From positions 4,878,778 through 4,942,777 of the forward strand of contig NC_134030.1 in NCBI RefSeq assembly GCF_964204645.1: a stretch of DNA of 64,000 nt, written 5' to 3'. The notes beneath the pieces were generated by a model. That model saw only the letters and a program-made list of their open reading frames with translations, did no database searches and had not been told where the DNA came from. The position numbers were made by a program, and so were the translations under genes. Source of the stretch: Tubulanus polymorphus (taxonomy: Eukaryota; Animalia; Nemertea). Positions 1 to 11,364 of the stretch are shown in pieces (within the stretch, counting starts at the first letter, position 1; each line of letters begins with the position of its first letter).

Positions 1-637
1 TACATTCGTCAAATAAGTTGATGCAAGATATGAATTGATGCGTAGGCCTTTAGTGACATTATCAATTGAAGTGCCTGAAGCAGCGGGTGAATTAACAAGT
101 GCATAACATGGAATATGTTGTGAAATAGATCACATTTAAACAGAAAAACCAGCATGAAAAATGACACATTTTACACATGTGTATATGAAATACATATTTT
201 TGAAAATAAAGAGTCATGCAAACATGCCATAGTTGTGAAGGAAGCCTGCACCATTCTCTTGAGTTAGCAAGTTACTGAACACTGGTCAACCTTAGCATTG
301 GTACTATTTGGAACTGTGTGAGGGTCATATCATAATTATATAAAGGGCATCTATGGAATGTGGCAGCCTGGTTGATTTAAAGACTACTACAGGATAAAGA
401 AGGCTTTCTGCCTGAATTGATATCACCAGTTCAAAAAAGTATTTGTAGCGTCTTGGGGAGGGGGATTTTGGGCATATTTGTACGTTGCAAAAGGATATGA
501 CCAGAAGAACATTGACTTCGTACTGCATGAGAACTAATTCAAGAATAACATAAAACATCGAAAGAAATAGAAAGCAAGCGAAAAGAAGAAATATATCACG
601 AGTAAATGTGAAAACATAAAATAAAACGGCAACTCAC

Positions 638-709
638 TGGTATTACGTGTAGCGATAATAGGATATTTCAGAGCACAAGTCATGCCCGTGATCGGACATT
701 GTGAAGATT
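638..709 (-). CDS. robo: Candidate 72-nt symmetric (phase 1-1) robo juxtamembrane exon, ESSQCPITGMTCALKYPIIATRNT
   Basis: Acceptor ttgtttaacag, donor A|gtgagt, length divisible by 3, no stop in the frame inherited from FN3-3. No homology support available. Confidence 0.5.
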
Positions 710-1514
710 CTGTTAAACAATAGACCACATAAATGAAATATATCATACGTAATATGATTGATGATTTCAAAAACCACTTAGTCAATAAAACCAAACTCTG
801 ACATTGGAGAAGTTACAAACATTCATGTTCTACCAAAAGTCGATGTTGTTCATTCTTTTAAATATGCAAATATCAATTTTATTTTAGTTGCGTTCGCCAA
901 TTATCTTGAGTTATGGTTTTATGGATGATCTCTAGGATTCTACATATCTATTCAAAGCAGCTCGGTGTTGAAATAAACTGGAACCAACAAACCAGATTCA
1001 CGAGCTGTCTATTATTGCTCAGCGAGCTACGTAATTCTGATTTCTTGATCAGGAAAATCAGAATAAAACACTATCATCTAAACAAATCACTAAAATCAGG
1101 ACAAACTGTTTTAGTTTCTAAATGACAGAACAAATTAGACGTCATAACCACGTATCCCATGCGTAGCAATGCAAGTAAAGCATATTCAGGCAAACAAAAT
1201 ATCTCAACGATTTCCAATCAGAAATATGAAATAAATACAAATAATGAAATACATATGGTCGTGAAAACTTATGTATGACAAACACCAAAAGAAGCAAAGT
1301 CGTAGAAAGTAATCAAAACAGTGACTGAAAATAGCCTTAAAAATGCTCATGCTTAAAAGCACATTGTAGGCCTATCACATCACATGAAGACACATGCAAG
1401 TAATACTACGGCAAAAGATTTCAAAAGTTGATTATCAAACTCAAACAGGCACGCATGCGCTCGCGTATCAATTTGCGATAAATTTGTGCAGCTTGAATAA
1501 GATAAAATACTCAC

Positions 1515-1796
1515 CGAGAATAATAGGTTCACTTCTAACGCCAGGACCCATTCTAGTCTGAGCAGCTATATATATCTTATACTGTATGTCGGGATGTATG
1601 TTTTTCAGTAAGTGCTCGTGGGTCGTTTCACTAACTGTCGTATTCTGAGAATTTTTTGATGAGTTTCCGATACAGTAGACTTTGTAACCTTTCAGCACAC
1701 CATTGCGATGTTCTTTCGGAGGTGGTGCCCATGTTAGGACGACCGTTTGGTTGCGACCTTTCACAGCTCTGATATTTTGAGGAGGCATCGACGGCA
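1515..1796 (-). CDS. robo: Robo exon: FN3-3 (phase 1-1)
   Basis: VPSMPPQNI...WAPPPKEHRNGVLKGYKV...YIAAQTRMGPGVRSEPIIL. Acceptor tttcag, donor G|gtgagt. Confidence 0.95.
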
Positions 1797-1877
1797 CTGA
1801 AAATTCGTAACATATTTCAAGTGTATTAATTTCGTATTTGGGAAATTTCCTCGCGGTCTTCGAAATAGGCGACTTAC

Positions 1878-2127
1878 CATCCTCAAAGGTCTGTACACGA
1901 ACTGCGTTGCTCAGCTGTCCTTCGACCGTTAGATAAAACGGCTGAATTCGGATCTCGTACCATTTGTATTTCTTGAGATTCCTGAGCACGTACATCGTAG
2001 CGCGTGCACTCGTAACCGTTTCTATGCTATACTCGACGTGGTGATGGTGATGATGATGAGAATGAGCTAACGGCATCGGTCGGTACTTGATGTGATAACC
2101 TTCGATGTATTTGTGCGACTTCAGTAT
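1878..2127 (-). CDS. robo: Robo exon: remainder of FN3-2 with poly-His insert (phase 0-1)
   Basis: ILKSHKYIEGYHIKYRPMPLAHSHHHHHHHVEY...NLKKYKWYEIRIQPFY...EGQLSNAVRVQTFED. Acceptor ttattag, donor gtaagt. Confidence 0.94.
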
Positions 2128-2254
2128 CTAATAATAAATTGAACAATGTTAAACTAAGGTTTAAGTTACGAATGATATCGGTGTTCATTAAGTATATGAT
2201 GTTATAAGTGATTTTGCAACCTATCATTACTATCCATCAGACAATGAAACTTAC

Positions 2255-2385
2255 ATTCCAGTTTATTTTTATAGCTGTTGAACTAATTACTTCTGGTTCT
2301 CTCATCTGTACAACGTTTCCGCTAAGTTTCTCTTCCACTAGAGGTATATCGAACTGAGCAAGTGTCGGACGTGAGCCATCGCCAC
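2255..2385 (-). CDS. robo: Robo exon: FN3-1/FN3-2 linker and start of FN3-2 (phase 1-0); absent from the ORF track
   Basis: Manual translation GGDGSRPTLAQFDIPLVEEKLSGNVVQMREPEVISSTAIKINWN. Acceptor caccag, donor gtaagt; bridges the frames of both neighbours. Confidence 0.92.
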
Positions 2386-2544
2386 CTGGTGTTGAGAAAG
2401 ATCCTCATTATATTAAAACTGAATATTGCAAAAAGTCCAAAAAGTTTCCAAAGTAAAAGCACAAGAAAATTTTTCGGACTTGCTTTTCTTTTGTATTGCA
2501 AGATTTCATTGTATAATATGGATGGTTGTATTTCTGTGTCTTAC

Positions 2545-2886
2545 CTCCGGTTCTAACAGCGTCAGACACGGGACTCGGTAAACTGAGACCGTGCGAGTTT
2601 CGCGCTCGTACCAGAAACAAATACTGAGTGTCTTTACGCAGATTTTTCACCTCGAAATATTCGCGTTTGATCGTCTCAGACGCAGCTCTCCAGCCGTCTC
2701 CGGTCTCGTGGCTGAAATACTCGACGACATACGCAATTACCGGCGACGCCCCCTGGTTGCTGTTCGGGGTCCACACGAGCTTGACGGATGTCTCCGACAC
2801 CTCGGTGATGATCGGCTTCGACGGCGGTCCCGGGAACGTCGCCGGTTCCGGGGTTCGATGAAATATGACCGACGCTTTACTCGGCG
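2545..2886 (-). CDS. robo: Robo exon: FN3-1 (phase 1-1)
   Basis: APSKASVIFHRTPEPATFPGPPSKP...VEYFSHETGDGW...YLFLVRARNSHGLSLPSPVSDAVRTG. Acceptor ctttcag, donor GAG|gtaaga. Confidence 0.95.
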
Positions 2887-2999
2887 CTGAAAGAAAAGTA
2901 AGATTAGATTATTTAACGCTGGATATCAATTCAGTTTGGCCGAACAAAATAACTCGCAGGAAATGATCTCCGCCAGTGATCTTTGCATTCAATAATTAC

Positions 3000-3290
3000 C
3001 TTCGACAGTCAGCGAGGCTTTCCACGTAGTTTCACCAGTCTCACTAGCCGCTTTACACGTATACAGTCCGGTATCTCCAAACTGTAAATCTGAGATCTGT
3101 AAGGTGCCCGAACCGAGCAGCGTTATGCGCGGGTTGTTTCCCGATTCCAGCAAATGGTTGTCTTTGTACCATTTAATCGTCGGCATAGGATCCCCAGACG
3201 ACTGACAGATGAGCATCGCGACGCTATTCACCGGTAGAGTTTGATTCTGAGGTCCCTGGTGAATGATGGGAGGTGGTCGCGGATCAACAT
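3000..3290 (-). CDS. robo: Robo exon: Ig5 (phase 1-1)
   Basis: DVDPRPPPIIHQGPQNQTLPVNSVAMLICQSSGDP...GLYTCKAASETGETTWKASLTVE. Acceptor tcacag, donor AAG|gtaatt. Confidence 0.95.
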
Positions 3291-3553
3291 CTGTGACGAG
3301 ACAATATAGAAAAATTTATATTTCAGTTAAATTCATCTCATCATGATTAACTCTAAAATACTTCTCATTTCAACGGCCTAATCCAGTGGCCCTGGAGCTT
3401 GAAACTGAATAATTCTCAGATTTACAACTAAAATGGGTAAATCTGCATCAAACCAGCTCTGAAGTAAAGTCATCGATGCAGTCGTGTTTACCAACAAGAA
3501 AAATCCATTTCGAACATCCATGTCTAAATTGACATTTATGTCTATGTACTTAC

Positions 3554-3713
3554 CTTTGACTTCTACTTTAGCCTTGGCAAACGCACTGCCAGCCACGCTG
3601 AGCGCTTGACAGATATATTCACCGGCATCCTCTTTCGTAGCCCTCTCAATAATCAAAGTCCCATCTTCCGTTACGGAGAAGCGACCATGATCTTGTCGAG
3701 GGAACATCAATAT
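3554..3713 (-). CDS. robo: Robo exon: second half of Ig4 (phase 0-1)
   Basis: ILMFPRQDHGRFSVTEDGTLIIERATKEDAGEYICQALSVAGSAFAKAKVEVK. Acceptor tttgtag, donor AAG|gtaagt. Confidence 0.95.
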
Positions 3714-4431
3714 CTACAAAACAACGACACAAAATTCCCATTAATCTTTCACGGAGGAGCGCATGTCAAATGTTCCGGTATCTATCATCTTATCATTAGA
3801 CCTTTAAAGATTTATTTCAAATAGAATATATGCGCAAAATAAGATCAGATGGTAGATATCCGAAAAAAACAGGCTAAGATTTCATTTTTTTGGTGGGAAG
3901 AAGCAAACTGCAGTCCAAATTAGGCGAATACCTAGAAGTTTATTTGCATAGTCTCTATAAACGGAAACTATTACGGTATCCATTATCATGTCAGATCGAA
4001 ACACACCTGAGAAGCCACACGGACCAGCACGGTAAACATCACCGTTCAAATATATCCACTATTCTCAGAATGTAACTCGAGAATATCATTTGAAAACATC
4101 AGACAAAAAAAACACGGCACTTGCCCATAAATGTCAATAATGTGACATTTCAAATTCGCTCGAAACAAAAAAAGTAATCGATTCTGTCTACTTAAATCAT
4201 TTAAAAGTAGGAAACATCATCTTTATTTGAAGTCTGATCACGTGAAACTGAAATTTTGTTCAAAGCACAACTAAAATTGATGCACATGTTGAGGTTTTTT
4301 TGATAAACCAGTGAACAAGTCCGGGAGCAGACTGAATAGCAAGGTTTCAGGGGGTTCCGCACTACAAATCTTTAATATTCTGGTGGATAAAAACGTTTAA
4401 AGTTGGGAGGTGCCTGGTAAAGGCAACTTAC

Positions 4432-4556
4432 CTGGCTTTCTTCTTTATTCCAGAACACAGCTGGTGGTGGGTTACCGGTCACCTCACACCTTAATGTCAC
4501 AGTTCGGCCTACACCGACTACTTTATCTTGTGGAGTTGTGATAAATGATGGATGAG
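4432..4556 (-). CDS. robo: Robo exon: first half of Ig4 (phase 1-0)
   Basis: SHPSFITTPQDKVVGVGRTVTLRCEVTGNPPPAVFWNKEESQ. Acceptor ttttcag, donor CAG|gtaagt. Confidence 0.95.
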
Positions 4557-4682
4557 CTGAAAACAGAGACAAAATATCCATTTCACTTACTTGGAAACTT
4601 TGTTGATACATATAACAGATTAAATGAAAATAGATGTATAGATTTATTCTAAATATTGGATTATATTTCAAAAAAAACTTAC

Positions 4683-4810
4683 AGTGAACAGTGAGTCTGG
4701 CGACTGCCTCGATCATGCCGACAGGGTTCTCCGCTTTACACAGATAGTTGCCTTCATCGGACACTTTCACCCGCACAATCTTCAGACTTTTATCATCTAA
4801 AATTCTTGCC
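4683..4810 (-). CDS. robo: Robo exon: second half of Ig3 (phase 2-1)
   Basis: RARILDDKSLKIVRVKVSDEGNYLCKAENPVGMIEAVARLTVH. Acceptor cttcag, donor gtaagt; phases match neighbours. Confidence 0.95.
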
Positions 4811-5741
4811 CTGAAGATATCAAGCGAGGAGAAAATGAGTTAGAACATTCCTATTATTCTTTATTTAAAATATGTCGCATTGGTACATGCATTTCTGTTG
4901 GTCGACGAGAAGCCATTTCTCTGAGGAGACAAAGAATTCAAATACATTCTGCCGCATATCATATATATTGCTTGTATATAAAGACAGGACATTTGAGAGC
5001 ATTCTTAGAACAATTGTATAATAAACAAACATCAAATGATGATGTCGTAATTCGTGCATATTTCAGTAATGTAAGCATCTCGTGAAGATATATGAAGTGT
5101 TATGCCACAAGATCAGAGATAATCTTCACATTTATATATTTATATACTAGTACTTGATAACTAGTTGACTCGAGGAATTCCGATATACATAAACATACAC
5201 ACAGAATGCCACTAAATATCTACAGTTATCAGGGCAGTACGCGGCTCCTGCGCAACTCAACAATATTACATTTTATGGGGCTTTTTTCATGCACAACACC
5301 GATAGTCTCGAGCAAACAGTTACCATAGTAACCGTGATTGAAATTAGAAGGTATTGTCAAGGTAACCGTGTGTGAAGAATCTGTGAGTACGCCATGTTAG
5401 ACTAATGGCCGATGAATTCAAAAAACCTTTTACAAATGAAAAAGCCCCGGATAGCTGCATCAGCAGTAAACACCAAAATATCCTGGATTTTTAGATTAGA
5501 TAGACGCTTTCTTTAGCTTCTCAAGTATGTAACTGCCTACTGAAGCATACTTTCAAGTTCAACAGGTATTTAGTTGAACTAAACCTGCTATATATCTACA
5601 GATTTCTTACTTTTCAACACCTCATATATAATTCAAGTGTTATCTTACAGAAATTCCAGACAGGAAAGCAGTGGTTCGTCAGTCACTACACCATCATCCA
5701 AAACTGATTTATCAAATGTAGATTTAATTCGCATTCATAAG

Positions 5742-5775
5742 CAGGCCCGTAGCATGAGGAATATGTGGGTGGGTT
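5742..5775. mobile_element. Solo terminal fragment of the 38870 MITE family
   Basis: caggcccgtagcatgaggaatatgtgggtg is close to the reverse complement of ~39136-39165. Confidence 0.55.
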
Positions 5776-5922
5776 TGAAAATAAATGAGCAATTTTCTAT
5801 GTTGTAATACCGGGTAGTTGTAAGTGTTATATGTTTTAGCTTAATAATTTTTTTTCCAAATTAGACACGAGCGGAACTAACCGTTTTTGCAGGGGGGGAC
5901 CTTTTCTTCAACTCTAACTCAC

Positions 5923-6340
5923 CTCGAAGATGGTATTTGTCCATCCTCCTTTTTCCAGACAATCACCGGATCCGGATCGCCGGACACCCGACATTGAAAC
6001 TGTACGTCCTCATTTTCTGTCACGAGGATATCTTCCGGTTGTTTGATGAATTTCGGTTTCTCGAGCACGTCAAGACGAGCCGTGGCGCTCTCGCGTTCCC
6101 CGGCGATGTTATACGCGATGCACACGTACAGCCCGCTGTCGCTCTTGCGCGTTTCCGTGATGGCCAGGTTGCCATTTTCATGCGTTTCGATGCGCGAATT
6201 TTGCATGACAAGTTTGCCACCTTTCTTCCACTTGACGCGCGGAGATGGTTGACCACGCGGCGGTCGACATTCTAGAACAGCAGGGCTCCCTAGCGCCACC
6301 TGCTGATCCTTCGGGTGAACCTTGAACTCTTCTCTCAAAA
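5923..6340 (-). CDS. robo: Robo exon: Ig2 and first half of Ig3 (phase 1-2, 418 nt)
   Basis: VLREEFKVHPKDQQVALGSPAVLECRPPRGQP...YVCIAYNIAGERES...EKPKFIKQPED...WKKEDGQIPSS. Acceptor gttatag, donor AG|gtgagt. Confidence 0.96.
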
Positions 6341-7281
6341 CTATAACATACAAAAATTGAAAAGGTATTTTTAGTCTTAGACATGAAAGGAAACAAAATA
6401 TGAATCAAAAGAGTGATAACTCATATGCAGAAATAAAGTGAATGGCTTAAAATCTTATGAAAAAAAGATACACAGCATATAGCATAGTGAATTAGATGAA
6501 TCGTTTGTCATATTTTCTACCGAGTCACTAAAATGAATGGCAATAGCTGTAAGCTTATCCGTTCCGCTCGGGTTTTATTTCTAGCTAACTGGTACTACTA
6601 CTTAACAGAACAATGCAACCATTTGCCGTAATTGAGGCGCGCAAGTACACATTATTTTTTGTTACACCCATATTTGCCTCGTGAAATCAAAAGCCAGCGA
6701 CATCCGAGACAATGCATCTAGTTGGATTATTATGTATCTATATTCGGCAAGTTTAACGGTGGCCAACGCCTGAACTAGTGAATCAAAAAAAATCAAATCA
6801 CAATCGCTATTCCTTCTACAAATGTCAACTTTGCGCAGGTGTTCAGTTACAGCGTTTGGATACATTATTGATAAACTCTTTGTACGAGTTTTTACTATTG
6901 TAGAGGCTTAACTGAGTAGAATTTGCAGTAGCAATAGAGACATTTAAAATGGCAACATTAATTGGTTCTCAGAACTTGTATATATCAATAATATTCAGGT
7001 CTGCTAAGAATAGATCAATGCATTGAAGTTTTTACAGTTTGTTTTAGAAGTTCGTTTGTATCTAGAGGATACAAATTATTGCTTTGATGTTATTTTTCTC
7101 GAGAGATGAAATCGTGCTTCTTAGAGTTTTAGATCAAACTCTTTGCCCAATGACTGAGCACACACCTATTTGATCTATTCACCACAATATTGCTTTATTT
7201 TACATTTGATAAAACATGAAATATTTCTCTAGCGTCAAAACGAACTCAAAGATTTGCCAATTGATCAATCTGAAAGGTACT

Positions 7282-7520
7282 AGCCACGTTCATACTATCA
7301 CTTATTAGTCCGTTCATTTGATGTCGCACCTGGACCAAATTTAAAATGCTGAATGCAACATTGGGATTCTCAATTAAATCAATTGTAGCGAAGTTTCTAT
7401 TCGTGCACAGAGAAATGTCCGTTCTAAGCTGGATCAGTCTTTTTGTTGGTCAAATTTGGTCCTTTCTAGATTGGAAAATTAGATTTTGAATATTCTAGAT
7501 AACGTAGTTTGAACACGGAT
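7282..7520. mobile_element. MITE family C copy (Harbinger-like AGCC-RY-RTTCACAC ends)
   Basis: agccacgttcatactatcac...gtagtttgaacacggat; internal tggacc and ttctaa motifs shared with other copies. Confidence 0.65.
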
Positions 7521-7560
7521 TATATGTACGTCCAGTGATAAAGATTGGTCGAATTCTTAC

Positions 7561-7896
7561 CTGCGATTTCGAGGGTAGCATTTCGGCTGATGGCGCTACC
7601 GTGCGAATTGGTCGCGTTGCAGTAATAAACGCCCACGTCCGGTTTCGTGTGTTTATTATGAATAATCCGATAGAAGAACAATTGACCGTTATTGACGAGG
7701 GTGCGATGAGAATTCGGGTGTTCACGAGACGTTATAACCGGTTTACCGTTGCGGTACCACGTGATATCCGGTGACGGTTCACCTTCCGCTTTACAGTTCA
7801 AGGTCGCCGGATCATTCTTCGCGACGTATTGATCCTCCGGATGTTCGATGATCCGAGGATTCGGTAAAATACTCTTCCCATTACTCGTTCGCTGTC
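7561..7896 (-). CDS. robo: Roundabout receptor, Ig1 exon (phase 1-1, 336 nt)
   Basis: Translates GQRTSNGKSILPNPRIIEHPEDQYVAKNDPATLNCKAEGEP...SHR...LFFYRIIH...KPDVGVYYCNATNSHGSAISRNATLEIA, typical Robo Ig1. Acceptor tttcacag, donor G|gtaaga. Confidence 0.96.
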
Positions 7897-10800
7897 CTGT
7901 GAAATATACAATATAAAATACGCTTAGAACATTGTGCTTAACACCCCTATTACTTAGGTCCCAGTTCTATTGCCGCAATACTCCACCCTCGGTAAGCCCC
8001 CCCGAGATCTGAGAAGCATCCTAATCTTTGGAACGAGCTCTTTGAAACTTACAAGGAGATAATAGAAAATCATCAGGCACTCAAAAAGTAAAAAAAGAGT
8101 GGTAGATGACTATAACAATATAAATGAATGAAAGAATCCCGCTCAAATAGAATTTTATCTGATAAAATTAACTACAATGAAACCGCAATGTTTGTGTTTG
8201 TGGGACTTATTCATTCATTTACAGTTTACAGTGTTTTTATTCAACAACTCATAATAATAAATCATGAACTCAAGGAAACCTTTTTCTGGCTCTTTCCTCT
8301 TCCTGCATGCAGGATCTTATATCATGGTTTCAACACGGACTGTGTTTCATCGACGCTCATTTCTAGAGATATTTCAAATTGAAGATTTCAGAAAATCCGA
8401 AAGATGTTTCTTCTCAGAAAACTTCAATTTCAAGCACACTCCTTGACTCAATGTTATGGAGCTACATATCGAGTTGAAGACAATTAACCCCTCTCAAACG
8501 ATGTTATAATTCAGTAGCCCTCAGTATTTACTCACGTCTGTCATAGATTCTCTCACCTGGTGGTAAACAACATCTACTATATTTATACTATAGGCTACGT
8601 AAATGTCTTTCAACTCGTCTAGCAGTGAAACGAGAAAATCGAAGCCGTAAAAACCTGACTGAATTCCTTCGCATCGTGCGAGGATGGAATTTACATTTTT
8701 CTTTTTGATCCCTGTTCCCCGAGGTTCTGAGTTAAACTGAACATTTCCATTAGCGAGTATCGCGGCCACGTTAACTTCTAAACTAAAACTATCCAGGGAC
8801 TCTTCGAGGGTCGCGCTAGAGCCAGGCAGCCATTTCAGTAAAATTCTTGTGAAATATTTTTAGCAAGTTATAGCCTGCTGAGAAATGATTGAATGTTCTA
8901 GTGGTAGACTCCAAAATTGTCCGATTAGAAAAATTGATAATTTATGTGAGCAACAGGTATATTACATACAGCATTGCAAACGGCTTCTCTGTAGACATTA
9001 AACATTGTTTATTATGGCTTCGTTACTGCGTGTAATTATGCTAATATCATCATTAAGACTCCGGGGTAATCGGTGTAAATAAATCATTGAAATGGCACTT
9101 AATCCACGCTGGTTATGTATAAGATGATCTCAATAGGGAGAAAGATTACTGCACGAACTCAGTTGCTACAGTCTCAAACTTCATATGAAAATTACCAACA
9201 TTCATGAAGATTGATGACACAGTTTCAATTAAGTTTCATGAAATTGTGCAAAGAATATGTTATAGCATAACTGAATACCTATTAATTGGTGATCCTGTGA
9301 CTTGGTCTTTCCGGTATTGCAAAAGGCCTTCTAAAGCTTTTAGCATCATTATTATTTGACTTCGGAATGTATCAGCGACTTGGTGAAAACTTCAAGTTTT
9401 ATCTATCTATGCTCTAAGTTTTAGATTCTAAACCAAAAACTTGAGATAACTTCATGAGTTTACATTAACCTTTACATTGAACAGTGGCTTTAGATAAAGC
9501 GCTTAAGTGAAAATCACTCTAAAAATGTAGAACATTTAGAGAACTGTTTCACTGCACTAATTGCCGCAGGCTCAGAATTTATCAGACAGGTAGCATTGAA
9601 TTCTTCGAATATTTTGTACATAATAAATACCAAACCGAACTGTGAAATTCAAATACCAGCCGTAGGAAAAGTAAACCTTATCCTTTATTACACATCAGAT
9701 ATTGATACAAAGAGATTTTGTCGATAAATTCAGATTGTTTAACATGCTGGAAAACTCTGGAGCATAGTTCATTCATAGTCTGGTTTTAGAATCAAAATAC
9801 CCCCCTTCAATCATAAATAATGTTCACCGCTTTTTCGCATCTTGTAATGGAAAACAGTTAGATAGTATAGTTACATTGACAAAACTAGTAAGAAGAATAT
9901 TCAAACATCTCGCAGCGGGCTCAAAAAACAGGTTAGAAATCCTCGTGGAACCATCCTCGTTTATCTTCAACAGTTACATAAAACAGGCAAATAACAAGTT
10001 GAACCACCTGTACAGCAATAGACAACAATCTGCCCCAGCACCTATCCTAACAGAGAACCATACATCGAAATGATTATATCATCGATACAACTACTTCACT
10101 GCCTATAAATATTAGACAGATAATCTAGCGGGAGAAAATACCTGAGGTGCAGAGTTCAGAAAAACAGTATGCGGCACGCATCGGGTAAGTTGGGTAAGTC
10201 GGATGATAAGAAAGTTGTTACATAACATACGGATAAAGGTAATTAAAAAACGCATTCCTCTTGTCAGTACACAAGCTGTATATATGAGCTGTACACGCTG
10301 CATACAACACAATTATGTGCTTTTTCTCATTTTCTTTTCTAGTACTTTTTTAAACCTACAGCTGTATGATGATACGCGCAGTAATAAGTGTTCGTAAGTG
10401 AATTTTTCAATTTGTAAGACTGCGTCGCTTCAAAATCAAGTGAATTATTGTTTCGCTCAACGGAAGTTACATGAAACACAGTTCGCTGCTCGTCTAGAGA
10501 TTGAAATGCACAATATTCACCGGTACTACAGTTCCATCACTTCCCCAGTTCCCCGGTTAGCCAAATGTAACGCAAATTTCGACCCCTTCGATTAGCGGCC
10601 AACAAATAAATATACCATCCCACTGCAGGTAGCGAAAATTACACGTATTTCAGGTAGATTTGATTTCGCCGATTGAGTTATAGTAGACAGCGGGATATGA
10701 AACTGTAAATCATCTTAGCAGCAGAATACCTTTAATATCTTACAGTGAGAACATATGGACATCCGAGTCGGGAAACGGTTTCATAGCCACAGGTGAACAA

Positions 10801-11012
10801 ATATACAGAAATCTTGTTCAGTTTTAGTTGGGGGTGAGAAAAAGAATTTTCCTGGGCTGGTTGTCTGCCAACGAGTAAAAATTCCAGGATCAGGTGGAAA
10901 ACTTTTTCGCCGTTCGGAGTGGCAGGAATTTATACGCGCGAGATGAAATTCGAAGATCTAACACGAAGGAACCTCCGGAATGACAGGGTCTGAATATCAG
11001 TGATCGGACGAA

Positions 11013-11049
11013 CCATGGACTCTAAAACGAATCGTTTTAGAGTCCATGG
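11013..11049. mobile_element. 37-bp perfect palindromic insertion with 5-bp TSD
   Basis: ccatggactctaaaacga-a-tcgttttagagtccatgg flanked by ACGAA on both sides. Confidence 0.75.
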
Positions 11050-11117
11050 ACGAACGTATCCACTAACTAGAGGCTTCCCTCAATAACACCCGAGATCCCA
11101 TCGAGAGCCCATCGTAT

Positions 11118-11364
11118 AAGGAATGGAACAATTTAGAACAGACCAAATCGATCCTTAGCGTTATATCAGCTGTTATCAATGGTACAGACAGAGGTAACAT
11201 TGCGTTTCACATCTGGAGAAATGGTCGGATTTCAATATCAGAACTGACCTGGATCGTTTGTCTAAGTCATTCTAAAATGGCATTGACCAATTTAGAACAC
11301 TGTCCGTTCTAAAATGGAATGGACTAAATTTAGAACATTCTTTATAACGTAGTGTGAACACAGT
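11118..11364. mobile_element. MITE family C, partial copy
   Basis: tttagaac...ttctaaaatggaatggac...aacgtagtgtgaacac. Left boundary approximate. Confidence 0.6.

Noticed and set aside
1002-1077. Additional stalk exon candidates
   Set aside because: In-frame stops in phase 1 and a weak donor (gtgaat).
4887-4920. Microexon candidate after a strong acceptor (ttctttgtctcctcag) in the Ig3 intron
   Set aside because: The nearest plausible GT donor is weak and gives 34 nt (frameshift); the in-frame 30-nt option needs a poor GC donor.
5937-6275. Plus-strand ORFs overlapping robo exons (also 2591-2890, 7535-7774)
   Set aside because: Antisense shadows of GC-rich coding exons.
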